From the NCBI GenBank assembly GCA_951406725.2, contig OX597838.1:19530001-19594000 (forward strand): DNA of 64,000 nt, read 5' to 3'. The DNA is from Octopus vulgaris (Eukaryota). The notes beneath the pieces are model-generated. The model had not been told where the DNA came from and ran no database searches. It worked only from the letters and a program-made list of their open reading frames with translations. Every line of letters begins with the position of its first letter. Position 1 is the stretch's first letter. Position numbers and translations under genes: made by a program. Below, in pieces: positions 27,217-42,109 of this stretch.

Positions 27217-27544
27217 AGGTAATCTATATTGATTTATCTATCCTTCACGTTACTCTTGGGCTTCACGCATGCGCCTCTATTGAATCACCTTGCCACGACC
27301 CGTCCCTCCTATGTCACACACACACACACACACACACATTTCTTCTCACTCCACCGCCTCTCTCTCTCTCTCACCCCTATCTCACAGTATAATAAATACA
27401 TTCCATAAATAGTTGAAAGCTATAGAAAACATTTGCTGTTTCATCATCTTCCATGTTTGTTGATCTTGGTAGCAGCAGTAGTAGTAGCAGCAGTAGTAGC
27501 AGCAGCAGCAGCACCAGCAGCAGCAGCAGCAGCTGTAGCAGCAA

Positions 27545-27603
<59 letters not shown>

Positions 27604-27837
27604 ATTGATAGTGATGTTTGTTGTTGTTACTACATCTGCAGTTGTTCTGCTTCTGTTAAATTGCTGCTGTTGTCGTTGGTATTATCATCATTTACAGTCG
27701 TAGGTGGCGCTTTTGTTGCTGCTTTTGATATTGTTGGTGTTGTTGTTGTTGTTGTTGGTGTCGTATCTTTTTCGCTAATATTAGAAATGTGTTAACCTAT
27801 GTCTGCATATATATGTACACACACAGACACATATACA

Positions 27838-27876
<39 letters not shown>

Positions 27877-28389
27877 ACACGAGTGAGTGGACAAATGGAA
27901 GCAAGTAACACTCAGCACATTTGCTTAATAACAGTTTGGCTCAGGTCCATACGACTTAAAATTTTCCTGGCCGCTTAGGACACCACAGTATGCGGTGTGG
28001 TGCTCTGGATTGAAGAAGCACTTCAGTTGATGGCTGACATGTCTGTTCTTCAATTGACTGATTGAATCACTGGGACGTCATCCATCTGCTAGTTTGTCAC
28101 GTGTCACTCCAAACACAACACTCAAGATAAACTGCTTCAGGCTGACAAACAAAATAAAAACAAAAAAAAAAAAACCCTACGAGACGTCGCTATCGGGCGA
28201 ATGACTTCTTCCATGATGATGTCGCCGACCAGGGCGGAAAATAGCGGATTGAACTGTAAACAGTCTCGTGTTCACGACCAAAGCGAGTCACCGAGACGGA
28301 GACAATCGCCTGTGTTGAAATTTGGTGTGAGACGAGCGCCACCAGATTCTCGTGCCCGAGAAACGCCGTATGGCAATAAGGTAAAATGT

Positions 28390-28527
28390 AAAAAGAAAGA
28401 AAAAAGGAAAGAGAGAAAGAAAGAAATAAAGAAAGAGAGAGAGAAAGAAAATAAGTAAGAAAGAGAGAAAGAAAGAAAGAAAGAAAGAAAGAGAGAAAGA
28501 GAGAGAGAGAAAGAAAGAGAGAAAGAG

Positions 28528-28588
<61 letters not shown>

Positions 28589-28848
28589 AAGAAAGAAAGA
28601 AAGAAAAAGAAAGAAAGAAAGAAAGAGAGAAAGAAAGAAGAGAAAGAAAGAAAGAAAGAGAAGAAGAGAGAAAGAAAGAAAGAAAGAAAGAAAGAAAAAA
28701 AAGAGAAGAAAAAGAAGAAAGAGAGAAAGAAAGAAAGAAAGAAGAAAGAAAGAAAGAGGAAAGAAAGAAAGAAAGAAAGAAAGAGAAAGAAAAGAGAGAA
28801 GGAAAGAAAGAAAGAGAGAAAGAATGAAAGAGAGAAAGAAAAAGAGAG

Positions 28849-28893
<45 letters not shown>

Positions 28894-28925
28894 AAGAAAG
28901 AGAGAGAGAGAGAAAGAAAGAGAGA

Positions 28926-28990
<65 letters not shown>
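28390..28990. repeat. (GAAA)n polypurine tract
   Basis: About 600 bp, almost purely A/G. Confidence 0.95.
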
Positions 28991-29149
28991 ATTATCGTTA
29001 CTGGACTGTTCCGGATTAACAAGAAACTCGTCATTGCTTTTCATAAGATTGGTTGCTTTATGCGTGCTACCGGTGACCCGACAAAAGAGGTTCGTGGAAG
29101 AGAGAACCTCGCGATCGTCAGAGATTGTAAGGCTCCCGAATCTTATTTC

Positions 29150-29337
29150 TCTCTTTTACTTGTTTCAGTCATTTGACTGCGGCCATGCTGGAGCACCGCC
29201 TTTGGTCGAGCAAATCGACCCCAGGACTTATTCTTTGTAAGCCTAGTACTTATTCTATCGGTACTCTTTTGCCGAACCGCTAAGTTACGGGAACGTAAAC
29301 ACACCAGCATCGGTTGTCAAGCGATGTTGGAGGGACA

Positions 29338-29385
<48 letters not shown>

Positions 29386-29556
29386 TATATACGACGGGCT
29401 TCTTTCAGTTTCTATCCACCAAATCCACTCACAAGGCTTTGGTCGGCCCGAGGCTATAGTAGAAGACACTTGTGCAAGGTGCTACGCAGTGGGACTGAAC
29501 CCGGAACCATGTGGTTGGTAAGCAAGCTACTCTTACCATACAGCCACTCTTGCGTC
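29150..29556 (-). mobile_element. SINE family A
   Basis: Reverse complement of the 22999-23412 family. Confidence 0.85.
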
Positions 29557-29629
29557 TATAATTGTTGACTCTCCTGAAGCCCACTCCCAGTGCATCGTCT
29601 TAAGATCATAGTCACCACTTCAATCGGCA

Positions 29630-29755
29630 ATGCCATCACCATGGTCATCATCTTTGTTGTCACCATCACCACCAATAGCACCACCATCACTCTCGTTATC
29701 ATCGCCGCCGTTTTCATCATCATCATCATTATCATCGTCGTCGTCGTCATCATCG

Positions 29756-29791
<36 letters not shown>

Positions 29792-29853
29792 CCACCATCA
29801 TCATCCTCATCATCATCACCACCACCATCATCCACATCCTCCTCCTCCTCATC

Positions 29854-29914
<61 letters not shown>

Positions 29915-29961
29915 CCACCACCACCACCACCACCGCCACCGCCATCATCATCATCATCATC

Positions 29962-29995
<34 letters not shown>

Positions 29996-30105
29996 TCATC
30001 ATCACCATCATCATCCTCATCCTCATCATCATCCTCATCATCATCATTATCATCATCATTATCATCCACATCCTCCTCCTCCTCATCATCATCATCATCA
30101 TCACC

Positions 30106-30149
<44 letters not shown>

Positions 30150-30410
30150 TAACAACAACAACAACAACAACAGCAGCAGTAGCGGCAAGAACAACAAAAT
30201 GGACATCATCATCATCATCCTCATTAATATCAGCAGAACACGGCATCATCAGTTACAACATCCAACAAACAACTCCACATCGTCATCCTTAAACCTTAAG
30301 GATGATGACGAAGAATTGTCGGATGTAACTTCACAACCATCGTCCTTAAGCATCGCCGCCACCACCACCACCACCACCACTACCACCACCACCACCACCA
30401 CCACCACTAC
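29630..30410. repeat. (ATC)n/(ACC)n compound trinucleotide tract
   Basis: Direct reading; source of the poly-D/S/I/M pseudo-ORFs. Confidence 0.9.
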
Positions 30411-30672
30411 AAGTACCGCGCTGCCATCATCGTTCCACTCAGACGTGATGCCTAACAATGACAGGCTAAACCAAACATTGCAGCATCAACCTTTCCTTAA
30501 TGAATGAGCACAATTCTGCAGGTTCACTCTCCCACCCGCTCTCTCTCTCTCTCTTTCTCTTTCTCTCTCTCTCGTTCCCTCCTCTCTTTCTCACCCTTTC
30601 CATCTCTCAGTATATTTCCACCACAAAATCTTTTGTCCAGGTTTTTCTTTCTCTTTCTCTGTTTCCACCCTT

Positions 30673-30738
<66 letters not shown>

Positions 30739-30739
30739 G

Positions 30740-30798
<59 letters not shown>

Positions 30799-30799
30799 G

Positions 30800-30895
<96 letters not shown>

Positions 30896-31040
30896 CAGAG
30901 AGAAAGAGAGAGACACACACATATACATGCATACACACATACATATACACTGTATGCTACACATGTATTTCTATCTACTCCATCTCTCCCTCCCTCCCCT
31001 CCCCTCTCTCTTTCTCTCTCTCTCTCTCTCGCTCTCTCTC

Positions 31041-31075
<35 letters not shown>

Positions 31076-32351
31076 TAATCTATATTTTCTTTTCACGAAG
31101 CCTTGTACCACCATCAGTACCACCACCACCTTCACCACAACCATCACCATCACCACCACCACCACCACCATCACCAACACCAATTATTCATCTTAGTTCT
31201 TTCGTCTTCACCGTTCTCCCATTCTTCATTCGGTCTTCAATACATTGAATTCTCTAAGAACGTTCATCATCATGTCTTGAGACTTGGTTGAGATACAGAG
31301 TCTCTATCCATCTCAGCATCTCAACCAGTTTTTCAATAGGGAGAAAGATGAGAGAGAAAGAGAGACAGAGAGAGACAGAGAGAGAGAGAAAAAGAGAGAT
31401 TTTGCGTGTTCAAGAGTATAGCCGATGTCTTTTCCGTATCATCACATCTGAGCTATCCTCCCCTCCCCCTCCTCCTCCTCCCTCTCCTCTTCCCACTCCT
31501 CTTCCTCCACCTCCTTCTGTATTCTGTATTAAAAATACATTCCACGTATCCTCGCGAACTGAGCGTGTGACGGTTATCTTTCTTTCTCGAGAGAAACGCA
31601 TTCCTTCCATTGCCAGCTTCTAATGCTTACATTCGCTTATCAGATGTGACACAATTTTCTTTTCCTCTCTCCATCACTCTATCTCTCTCGCCTCCTTCCG
31701 TTTTTCTCTTGCCCTCCCCCCGTTCCACTCTCTCTCTCTCTCTCTCTGCCTCGCTTGTACTCCAGTTCGCTATTAGTCTATCTTCTCTCAAGCTACTTCA
31801 TCTTGAATATACTCCATATTAATGGTGACTGACGCTTGTTACTAACATTTGTCGTTGCCGATGTTATTGCTACCGTCGTCGTCGTCGTCGTCGTCGTCGT
31901 TGTATTTTTGCTACCTAGAAGCGTTGGAACATGATATAGTTTCTACACCTCAACAACAACATCTACAACAACAACCATCTTGTTTCTATGCTGCCAAGAT
32001 TGGTGATTCGGTGTCAGGCATTAAGATCTTGAGTTCACAGAAAATACATACATACATACATACATACATACATACATACATACGTACATAGCAGTTTGCC
32101 ATCGGACTCTTTTATTGCAATTTACAGTAATGGACTACACACGCACACATACACACACACACATACACGCATACTACACACACACACACACACACACATG
32201 TCGCGCGCGCGTATATGAAGAAAGAATTTGGCCTGACACAGAGAGCTTTGAATGCAAACCAGATGAATCACTAAGATAAAGTCGAGATGAAAGCGATAAA
32301 GAATAACCGAGGACAAAGACAGCATGAAAGACTTTATATATATATATATAT

Positions 32352-32441
<90 letters not shown>

Positions 32442-32812
32442 GTATATATATATATGTATATATATATTTAATTATATATTTTCTCTTTAGTATAATCATT
32501 CATACACCTTGGTGGTCTGTGTTCGTTTTAGGGTACTAAACGTACCCTAAAACGAACACGAGAAATGAAAGCAGTTGTACTTAAATTATCAAATGAGAAT
32601 GAGTCCGTGTGCCGCGAGAACTGAGTTCCTTCCTGTATTCAGTGTCGGAGTCTTCTTGCAAGAATCAGGCCACAGAAGCACGCACACACACACACACACA
32701 CACACTCTCTATACATACATATATTCTTCAAAGTATTCGGTTACGCTTCCTCACATTCTTCGGGAAAAAAATCAGCTAGGTAGACACATTCTTCGAAGAA
32801 ATAATCGCCATA

Positions 32813-33223
32813 CTCTTTTACTCTTTTACTCTTTTACTTGTTTCAGTCATTTGACTGCGGCCATGCTGGAGCACCGCTTTTAATCGAGCAAACCGACCCC
32901 GGGACTTATTCTTTTGTAAGCCCAGTACTTATTCAATCGGTCTCTTTTGCCGAACCGCTAAGTAACGGGGACATAAACACACCAGCATCGGTTGTCAAAC
33001 AATGCTAGGGGGACAAACACAGACACACAAACACACACACGCACATACATATATAAACATATATACGACGGGCTTCTTTCAGTTTCCGTCTACCAAATCC
33101 ACTCACAAGGCTTTGGTCGGCCCGAGGCTATAGTAGAAGACACTTGCCCAAGGTGCCACGCAGTGGGACTGAACCCGGAACCATGTGGTTGGTAAACAAG
33201 CTACTTACCACACAGCCACTCCT
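32813..33223 (-). mobile_element. SINE family A
   Basis: Full-length reverse copy. Confidence 0.9.
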
Positions 33224-33473
33224 GATACACTTTTTTTTTTATAAGAGAGAGAGAAAGAGAGGTGGGGGAGAGATTAGAAAAGAAGTACATTATTCTTCGA
33301 AAAGGCGCGGACGTGGTTGCGTGGATAAGAGGTTCAGCTAGCAACCATCGTTTCAGGCTCGTTTACTCCACAGCGCGGCACTTTGGGCAGGCGTCTTCTT
33401 ACTACAACAGTCAGTCGACAAGTGCCTTGCGAGTGAATTCGTTAAGCGGAAATGCGTCGCGCACGCGTGTGTA

Positions 33474-33629
33474 GGCGTGGTTGTGTGGTAAAAAGCCTGC
33501 TTCCCATTCACATGATTTCGGGTTCAGTCCCATAGCGTGGCATCTTGTGCAAGTGTCTTCTATTATAGCCTCGGGCCGACCAAAGCTTTGTGAGCGGATG
33601 TCGTAGACGGAAACTGAAAGAAGCCCGTC

Positions 33630-33669
<40 letters not shown>

Positions 33670-33875
33670 CTGTGTTTGTCCCCCCCACCATCACTTGACA
33701 ACCGATGTTGGTGTGTTTATGTCTCCATAACGTAGCGGTTCGGCAAAAGACACCGATAGAATAAGTACCAGGCTTACAAAGAAAAAGTTCTGGGGTCGAT
33801 TTCTTCGACTAAAACCTCTTAGATGGTGCTCCAGCATGGCCGCAGTCAAATAATAGACTAAAAGAAAGAATAGAA
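33474..33875 (+). mobile_element. SINE family A, older copy
   Basis: Colinear but more diverged. Confidence 0.8.
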
Positions 33876-33880
33876 GAATA

Positions 33881-33926
<46 letters not shown>

Positions 33927-33931
33927 TATTC

Positions 33932-33982
<51 letters not shown>

Positions 33983-34603
33983 TAGTGGAGGCTTGTGTAT
34001 AGGCACTGTGGAACTGCAGCGCCCCATATTTCCTCTCGATATTATCGATAACATTCTTTAATACTTTCTTTATACTCGCACATTATATAATCCTTAAGCT
34101 TATTGTCAGTAGCCATCCCCTAGTTTATAAAAAAAAAATACAAAGATCCTTCACAGTTCCAGAGACGCGGTGCTTGGAGATAGAGAGCTGCACGCTAGGG
34201 AGAGAGAGCACTGTGCTTCATGCAGTGCCGATGAAAGGTAGTGTTTCTTCTTGACTCCGCGTGTGTTGTGCTTAAAAACGTGTTTATATTCTTGAATGTG
34301 ATAAAGTGTAGAATAAGATTATCATCCTGCTTCCAGCTACAGTGTTGCTGCCAGGATTTGAAAAAGAGGTCAGATTTTTTTTTTGTGATTTAGGGGGCGT
34401 TTTTGAAAAACAAGGGGGAATTCGCGGCGGTGATCAGTGAACAAATTAAACGCACTACTCGGCAGTGGCTAAAATGCGAACCGATCAACTTTATGCATAA
34501 ATTTTCTTTTTATATGTTTGTTTCCTTCTACACAATATCAAAACAATGACTAAAAAATTTCTAAAGCAGCACCCTCACTGATTTTATCTACGAGCCGCCA
34601 CTG
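33983..34603. mobile_element. Probable hAT-type MITE
   Basis: Imperfect TIRs TAGTGGAGGCTTGT / ACGAGCCGCCACTG. No target-site duplication confirmed. Confidence 0.45.
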
Positions 34604-34841
34604 GTATTTCTAACAACTCCTATGATCACATAGCAACACTGGTTCATTATTGTTGTTTAGTGTGACATGACTAAATATGCCTTGTGCCTTAGGGGTAAGT
34701 TGGAGCAGGAGATTAGCAGTGGAAACTGAAAATAAACTAGTAGAAGACAACGAGGAACTATTGCATCTTTCGGAAGGACAATCATGAATCTTTAGATTTC
34801 GATATTGAGAATCTATGTTCTCCGATGCCTGAAGGCATGGT

Positions 34842-34975
<134 letters not shown>

Positions 34976-35046
34976 TCTCATTTTACATAATATCGAGGTC
35001 TCATCGTACATATCTTTATGTCGTCATATTATTATTATTATTATCA

Positions 35047-35124
<78 letters not shown>

Positions 35125-35152
35125 ATATATATGTGTGTATGTGTGTGTGTTT

Positions 35153-35446
35153 GGAGGCGCAATGGCCCAGTGGTTAGTATAGCGAACTTGCGGTTGTAAG
35201 ATCGCGGTTTCGATTCCCAGACCGGGCGTTGTGAGTGTTTATTGAGCGAAAGGCTCCGGCAGTGGGTGGTGGCGATCCCTGCTGTACTCTTTCGCCACAA
35301 CTTTCTCTCACTCTTTCTTCTGTTGGCCTGCTCGCTTAGCCAGCGGGGTGGCGTCATTTGAAGGCTAAAACAATGCGAAGTGCATTGTGACCAGCGACGT
35401 GTAGCAACATCTGATAGCCTGGTCGGTCACGGTGATCACGGTGATC
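35153..35446 (+). mobile_element. SINE family C
   Basis: A and B boxes plus the tail shared with 10380-10680. Confidence 0.85.
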
Positions 35447-35569
35447 GAAATTGCGAGGATGATCCGGTTCTTGACTGAAGATTAGAGGCTTCGAATGACC
35501 CGTCTGTTTTTTGTATCGTCTATTTGAATGTTTTGCGTTCTTGTCCCATTTTGTATTTTTATATATATT

Positions 35570-35625
<56 letters not shown>

Positions 35626-35864
35626 GGAACAAAAACAGAGTAGAGGGCATTAAAACGTTCGGACAGATAGACAACACAAAGGCGGACAAGAGAAACAACA
35701 ATTAGAAGAATATATATACTGCTAGCCACCACACATTCTTTATTTTGCTCTCCTTTTTTCTTTCTGTGCTCCTTTCTGTGGAAGGGCGTAGGCTTGAAAT
35801 TCCCGAGCGTTAAACTAATACACCACCTGTCTTCGTCTTTTGTTTCTTTTGTGAATCCCCCCCA

Positions 35865-35924
<60 letters not shown>

Positions 35925-35928
<4 letters not shown>

Positions 35929-36123
35929 ATTCAAACATGGACAAAGAGAAAACACAACAACGCGAGGACGTGGAACAAGTATAGTGTTATTGGACGCTCA
36001 GGAAAGGAAAGAAAGAAGGAGGATTTAACGTTTCGAGCGGAGCTCTTCGTCAGAAACATAGAAAAAGGAAAGGTCCAAGGAAGGGAAGACGGAGAAAGAA
36101 AATCGCCAACGATACACACGCAG

Positions 36124-36125
<2 letters not shown>
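35925..36125 (-). mobile_element. Short Penelope-type element with minimal hammerhead-like motif (36023-36057)
   Basis: GTTT-CTGACGA-A-GAGC(tcc)GCTC-GAAA-CG-TT-AAAT, lying between (TA)n and (CA)n. Confidence 0.6.
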
Positions 36126-36195
<70 letters not shown>

Positions 36196-36233
36196 AATGA
36201 AAGACAGAAGATGGAATATATATACATAGATAT

Positions 36234-36275
<42 letters not shown>

Positions 36276-37470
36276 AAGAAAGAGACAGACAGACAGAAAG
36301 AGAGAGGCATACAGAGAGAGACAGATAGACAGACAGACAGAGAAAGAGACAGACAGACAGACAGACAGAGATAGGGTGGTGGAAGAGGGAACAAAAGGCG
36401 TGTAAATGACTGTTTATCGTATACTTCATAACGTGTTTGTTAAATTGCTCTTTTAATAGGGACGATTGGGGTTTTTTTTTTTTGGTGAACAATTTCTCAC
36501 AAGGCTTACTGGAAGAACAAGAAAAAACGAAAAACGAAACAGAAAACAAACAAACAAACAAAAATGGTCGTCCATACTGCTTCTCTGCTCCATGTTCATG
36601 ACTGCTCAGTGTAGTAAAAAGTCTGTATATGTGTTCTGGCGAAGAAAGGAAAGTACTTAAGTTTTAAAAACATATGTCCCTGTTTTTTTTTTAAATATAT
36701 TCATATATTCATCGTTAGATCCTAGATTAATTCTTAAAACAGAATAATTCTTTCAAAGACGCCCTCCCCATGCAACAACAACAACAACAACAACGACAAA
36801 AGCAACACCAACAATATACGAACAAATGAATAGATAAATATTTACCAAGTTCTTAGCAAATTTCTGCTCTTCTTTGTTCAATCTATTTCCTTTTGAATTC
36901 TTTAAGAATGACACATTTTTCAAGACTTCGTATCTCAGTTATTTGCCTTCTTCTCTCTCTCTCTTTCTCTCTCTCTTTTCCCTCCAACAACGGTTTGACT
37001 GTGTTTTCCCCCTTTCATAACACACATTACTCTCACATACCGCTCTACGTTGCTGTTGTTGCTTTCACATACTTTTCTAACATACCACTCTCTTCGTTGC
37101 ATTAACATCTCACTCAACATAGATCTATTTTACTCTCTCAAACAATGCAGTGTATTTACTACACAATGTATTTTGAGCAAATGCACTTACGGTACTCCAA
37201 TATCAAAATGGAGGTTTCACTCAACGCTGCCCTCACACTACACTCTCTCATTGTCTTCACATAAACACTCAATATTTCTTTTGCACTACACTCCATACTG
37301 CTTTCATCTTACCACTCCATATTGTTCCACATTGCCTTTTGTCCTCTCGGAATCGATAACGAAGTGCAAGTATTGTTGCTGTTGTTGTTGTGTTGGTGGT
37401 GGTGGTGAGTTTCATCTAATCGACTGATCTCCTCCTTACTGGCCTTATGCCTAAAACATCATCATCATCG

Positions 37471-37508
<38 letters not shown>

Positions 37509-37824
37509 GTCGTCGTCGTCATCATCATCATCATCATCATCATCATCTTCACCGCCGCCTCCGCTACCTCTACCACCGCTTCCGCTGCCTCCGCTGCGTT
37601 GCCTCCACCACCGGAGTTATTGTTCGGACCTTTACGTTCTGAGTTCAAATGTCGTCAAGGCCGATTTTCGCCTTTCATCCATCCTTTCGGAGTCCATGAA
37701 ATATAAGCAGAAGTGGACATCAAGGATCTTCATCCAACATCAAGGATCTTCATCCAACATTATTAAGGACAGGCGGTGAGCGGGCAGAATCGTCGCGCCG
37801 AAAGAAAATGCTTATTAAATTTTC

Positions 37825-38142
37825 TGTCTCTTTTGTCGAACCGCTAAGTTACGGGGACGTAAACACACCAGAATCGGTTGTCAAGCGATGTTGGGGAGGG
37901 GGGACAAACACAGATCTCGGTGGAATTTGAACTCAACGTAAAAACAGACAAAACACACACACACATATATACATATATATGACCGGCTTCTTTCAGTTCC
38001 TGTCTACAAAATCAACTCACAAGGCTTTGGTCGGCCCGAGGCTATAGTAGAAGACACTTGCCCAAAGTGCTACGCAGTGGGACTGAATCCAGAACCATGT
38101 GGTTCGTAAGCAAGCTACTTACCACACAGCCACTCCTGCGCC
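37825..38142 (-). mobile_element. SINE family A, followed by (ACAT)n to ~38710
   Basis: Reverse copy carrying a short family B insert near 37915-37945. Confidence 0.8.
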
Positions 38143-39089
38143 TAAGACAATACATACATACATACATACATACATAAGTACATACATAAGTACGTACGTA
38201 CATACATACATACATACATACATACATGCATACATGCATGCATACATACATACATACATACATACATACATACATACATACATACATACATACGTACATA
38301 CATACATACATACATACATACATGCATACATGCATACATACATACATACATACATACATACATACATACATACATACATACATAATACATACATACATAC
38401 ATACATACATACATACATACATACATACATAAGTACATACATAAGTACGTACGTACATACATACATACATACATACATACATACATACATGCATACATGC
38501 ATACATACATACATACATACATATACATACATACATACATACATACATACATACATACATACATACATACTTACATACAAACATACATACATACATACAT
38601 ACAAACATACATACATGCATACATACATACATACATACATACATACATGCATACATACATACATACATACATACATACATAAGTACGTACGTACATACAT
38701 ACTGTCATACATACAGACAGACAGATAGGCAGACATGCACACATATATGAATTACTGAAATTTCTTGGCTAACGATGCTATGACATATCGTTTACTAAAG
38801 ACAGCATTTATTTTCCCAATTATTCACACACAAAACAGACTCGTGTGCAATCAGAAGCTGCCATCTTGTGACAAGAGCCTAAACAGTAAACAAAACCCGA
38901 AAAGACCGAGGAAGGGGTGTGAGTTAGACAGGGAGGAGTAAGAACGAGGTACACCGCTGGCTGATGAGGGTGGTGTCAGGGTGGAGTTACGTTTGGTGTT
39001 GGTGATGATAATGGTCGTACAACTTTTAGTAGTATTGGTGGTGGTGGTGGTGGTGGTTGTGGTTGTGACAGTAGTATGTAGTATTTATA

Positions 39090-39700
<611 letters not shown>

Positions 39701-41082
39701 GCTGCAACGGCGGAGGACATTGAAACAAGTGGATTTTCCATTTTATTTGATAAAATTGCATGAATAGCTAAATATTTTTGACAGTGAAATCAAAATGGCA
39801 ATGAATAAATACAAAAACAACAACAACAACACGAACGACATCAACAAAGGCACAAAAGAGACTCCTCACACTCTTCTCATAAAAATACCCAAAAGAAAAG
39901 AAAAGAAAAGAAAAGAAAAACAAAACTACAGAACAAAAAAAAGCGAAGTAATAGAATTTTGAAAAAAAAAAAAATATGGCGGATGGATAAAAACATTTTT
40001 GTTTTCTTCAAAATATGGAAATGGTGAAATGACTTCTAACTAACTGTGTTGAAAGATGTATAAGACTTGAGTAAAAGGCTTATAGCACAGCGACAACAAC
40101 AGCTAAAATAACCAGATTTCCAGCATGGAGAAGAAATAAAAATCGATACAGACAGAAATTACATCTTCAACACCGAACAAAAAGCGATTCTATCAGTAAT
40201 TGAACGGCGAAGTAATGTTTAGTGCTTAGAAAATTCAACTATTTCTAGAGTGCAATCTAGATTAATAAAGACGTGGCGAATACGACGACAGCAAGCGAAA
40301 TTAAACATGGTTGCCAAAGCTTGCTCAAAGCTTTGTAGTTGTCGCCTTTTGCAGTCGTCGTTGTCGTTGTCGTCGACGACAGGAAGGTTGGTAGTAGGGG
40401 CGGTGCCGGTGCCGGTGGCGTTGGTGTTGGCAGCGGCGTATTTGTCTTCGTTGATGTTTTATGTTGAAGAAGAAAAGGGGGGAAAGTGAAGAGGAGGAGG
40501 AGAACGAGAAGAAGTAAAGAAAGGAAGGGAGGAGGATGAAGAGAAGACATGATGAACAGCATTAACAGCAATGACGATGTCGACGACGATGATGGCGATG
40601 ACGGCACGGCACGATTAGAACGAGATATGAAAGGTTGATATAATGTTGGTTAGTTCAAGATCAGCCATGATCAAAGAAGACTATGACTACAGGCGTTCCA
40701 GCTGCGACCATCCAGTCTTTTTAGACACAGTTTATCTCAGGCTCAATTACGCATGTCAACACTTTTTTTTAGGGCCAAAGTGACTTTCTTCGCTCTGATT
40801 CTGGAAACTAATTTTGGTGTTTCCCTAGAACGCATCTTTTTACGGCCATGCTGGGGCACCGTCTTGAAAAAATTCTATTCGAATGAATCCACACCAGTAC
40901 TTACATATTTTCAAAGCCTGGTACTTATTCTATCGGAATATTTTACCGTACCGCTAAGTTACGGAAACGTAACCACACCAGCCTTGATTGTGAAGCAGTG
41001 GTGGGGGACAACACAGGCACACACACACACACACACATACACACACACATACACACACACACACACGCATATATATACATAC

Positions 41083-42097
41083 GATTTTCAACCGTTTTTT
41101 TTTATCTATGGATCCCTTTGATTACTTTTTTTTTTATTCTAGTGGACCCCATAGTCATTCGAAGTTTAAAAATTAGTTTTACAGATACTTCTTACAAAAT
41201 ACCTATTTTGTTTTTCATACATATACATATATACATACATATATACTAAATCCACTCACAAGGCTTTGGTCGGCCCGAGGCTATAGTAGAAGACACTTAT
41301 AAATAATGGTAAGGAAGACATGCACACATATATGATCTATTGTATGTTGAACTATGTAAAACGTTTGAGAAAGAATCTTGCTGTTTCTTGCAATAAATAC
41401 AACTAAGTCAAAATTTTTTCATGGACTCTTGATATACTACTGTGAGTCACCAATTTACCGTTTATAGGTGTCTTCTACTATAGCCTCGGGCCGACCAAAG
41501 CCTTGTGAGTGGATTTAGTATATATGTATATATGTATGTATGAAAAACGAAATAGGTATTTTGTAAGAAGTATCTATAAAACTAATTTTTAAACTTCGAA
41601 TGACTATGGGGTCCACTAGAATAAAAAAAAAGTAATCAAAGGCGCAGGAGTGGCTGTGTGGTAAGTAGCTTGCTAACCAACCACATAGTTCCGGGTTCAG
41701 TCCCACTGCGTGGCATCTTGGGCAAGTGTCTTCTGCTATAGCCCCGGGCCGACCAATGCCTTGTGAGTGGATTTGGTAGACGGAAACTGAAAGAAGCCCG
41801 TCGTATATATGTGTGTATATGTATATATGTGTGTGTGTGTGTATGTGTTTGTGTGTCTGTGTTTGTCCCCCTAGCATTGCTTGACAATCGATGCTGGTGT
41901 GTTTACGTCCCCGTCACTTAGCGGTTCGGCAAAAGAACCCCGATAGAATAAGTACTGGGCTTACAAAGAATAAGTCCCGGGGTCGATTTGCTCGACTAAA
42001 GGCGGTGCTCCAGCATGGCCGCAGTCAAATGACTGAAACAAGTAAAAGAGTAAAAGTGTAAAGGGGTCCATAGATAAAAAAAAACGGTTGAAAATCA
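41083..42097. repeat. Inverted duplication (~220-bp arms); right arm interrupted by a SINE A copy (41640-42058)
   Basis: 41083-41303 is the reverse complement of 41461-41640 plus 42060-42097. Confidence 0.85.
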
Positions 42098-42109
42098 CGG
42101 GTTAGAATT

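Noticed and set aside
29556-30507. Poly-Asp, poly-Ser, poly-Ile and poly-Met ORFs
   Set aside because: (ATC)n trinucleotide tract open in most frames; no evidence of coding.
35461-35505. CTGAAGA...GAATGACCCGTC motif (homologues near 25040 and 59255)
   Set aside because: GAAA is replaced by GAAT and the stems are not supported; treated as an unclassified repeat.
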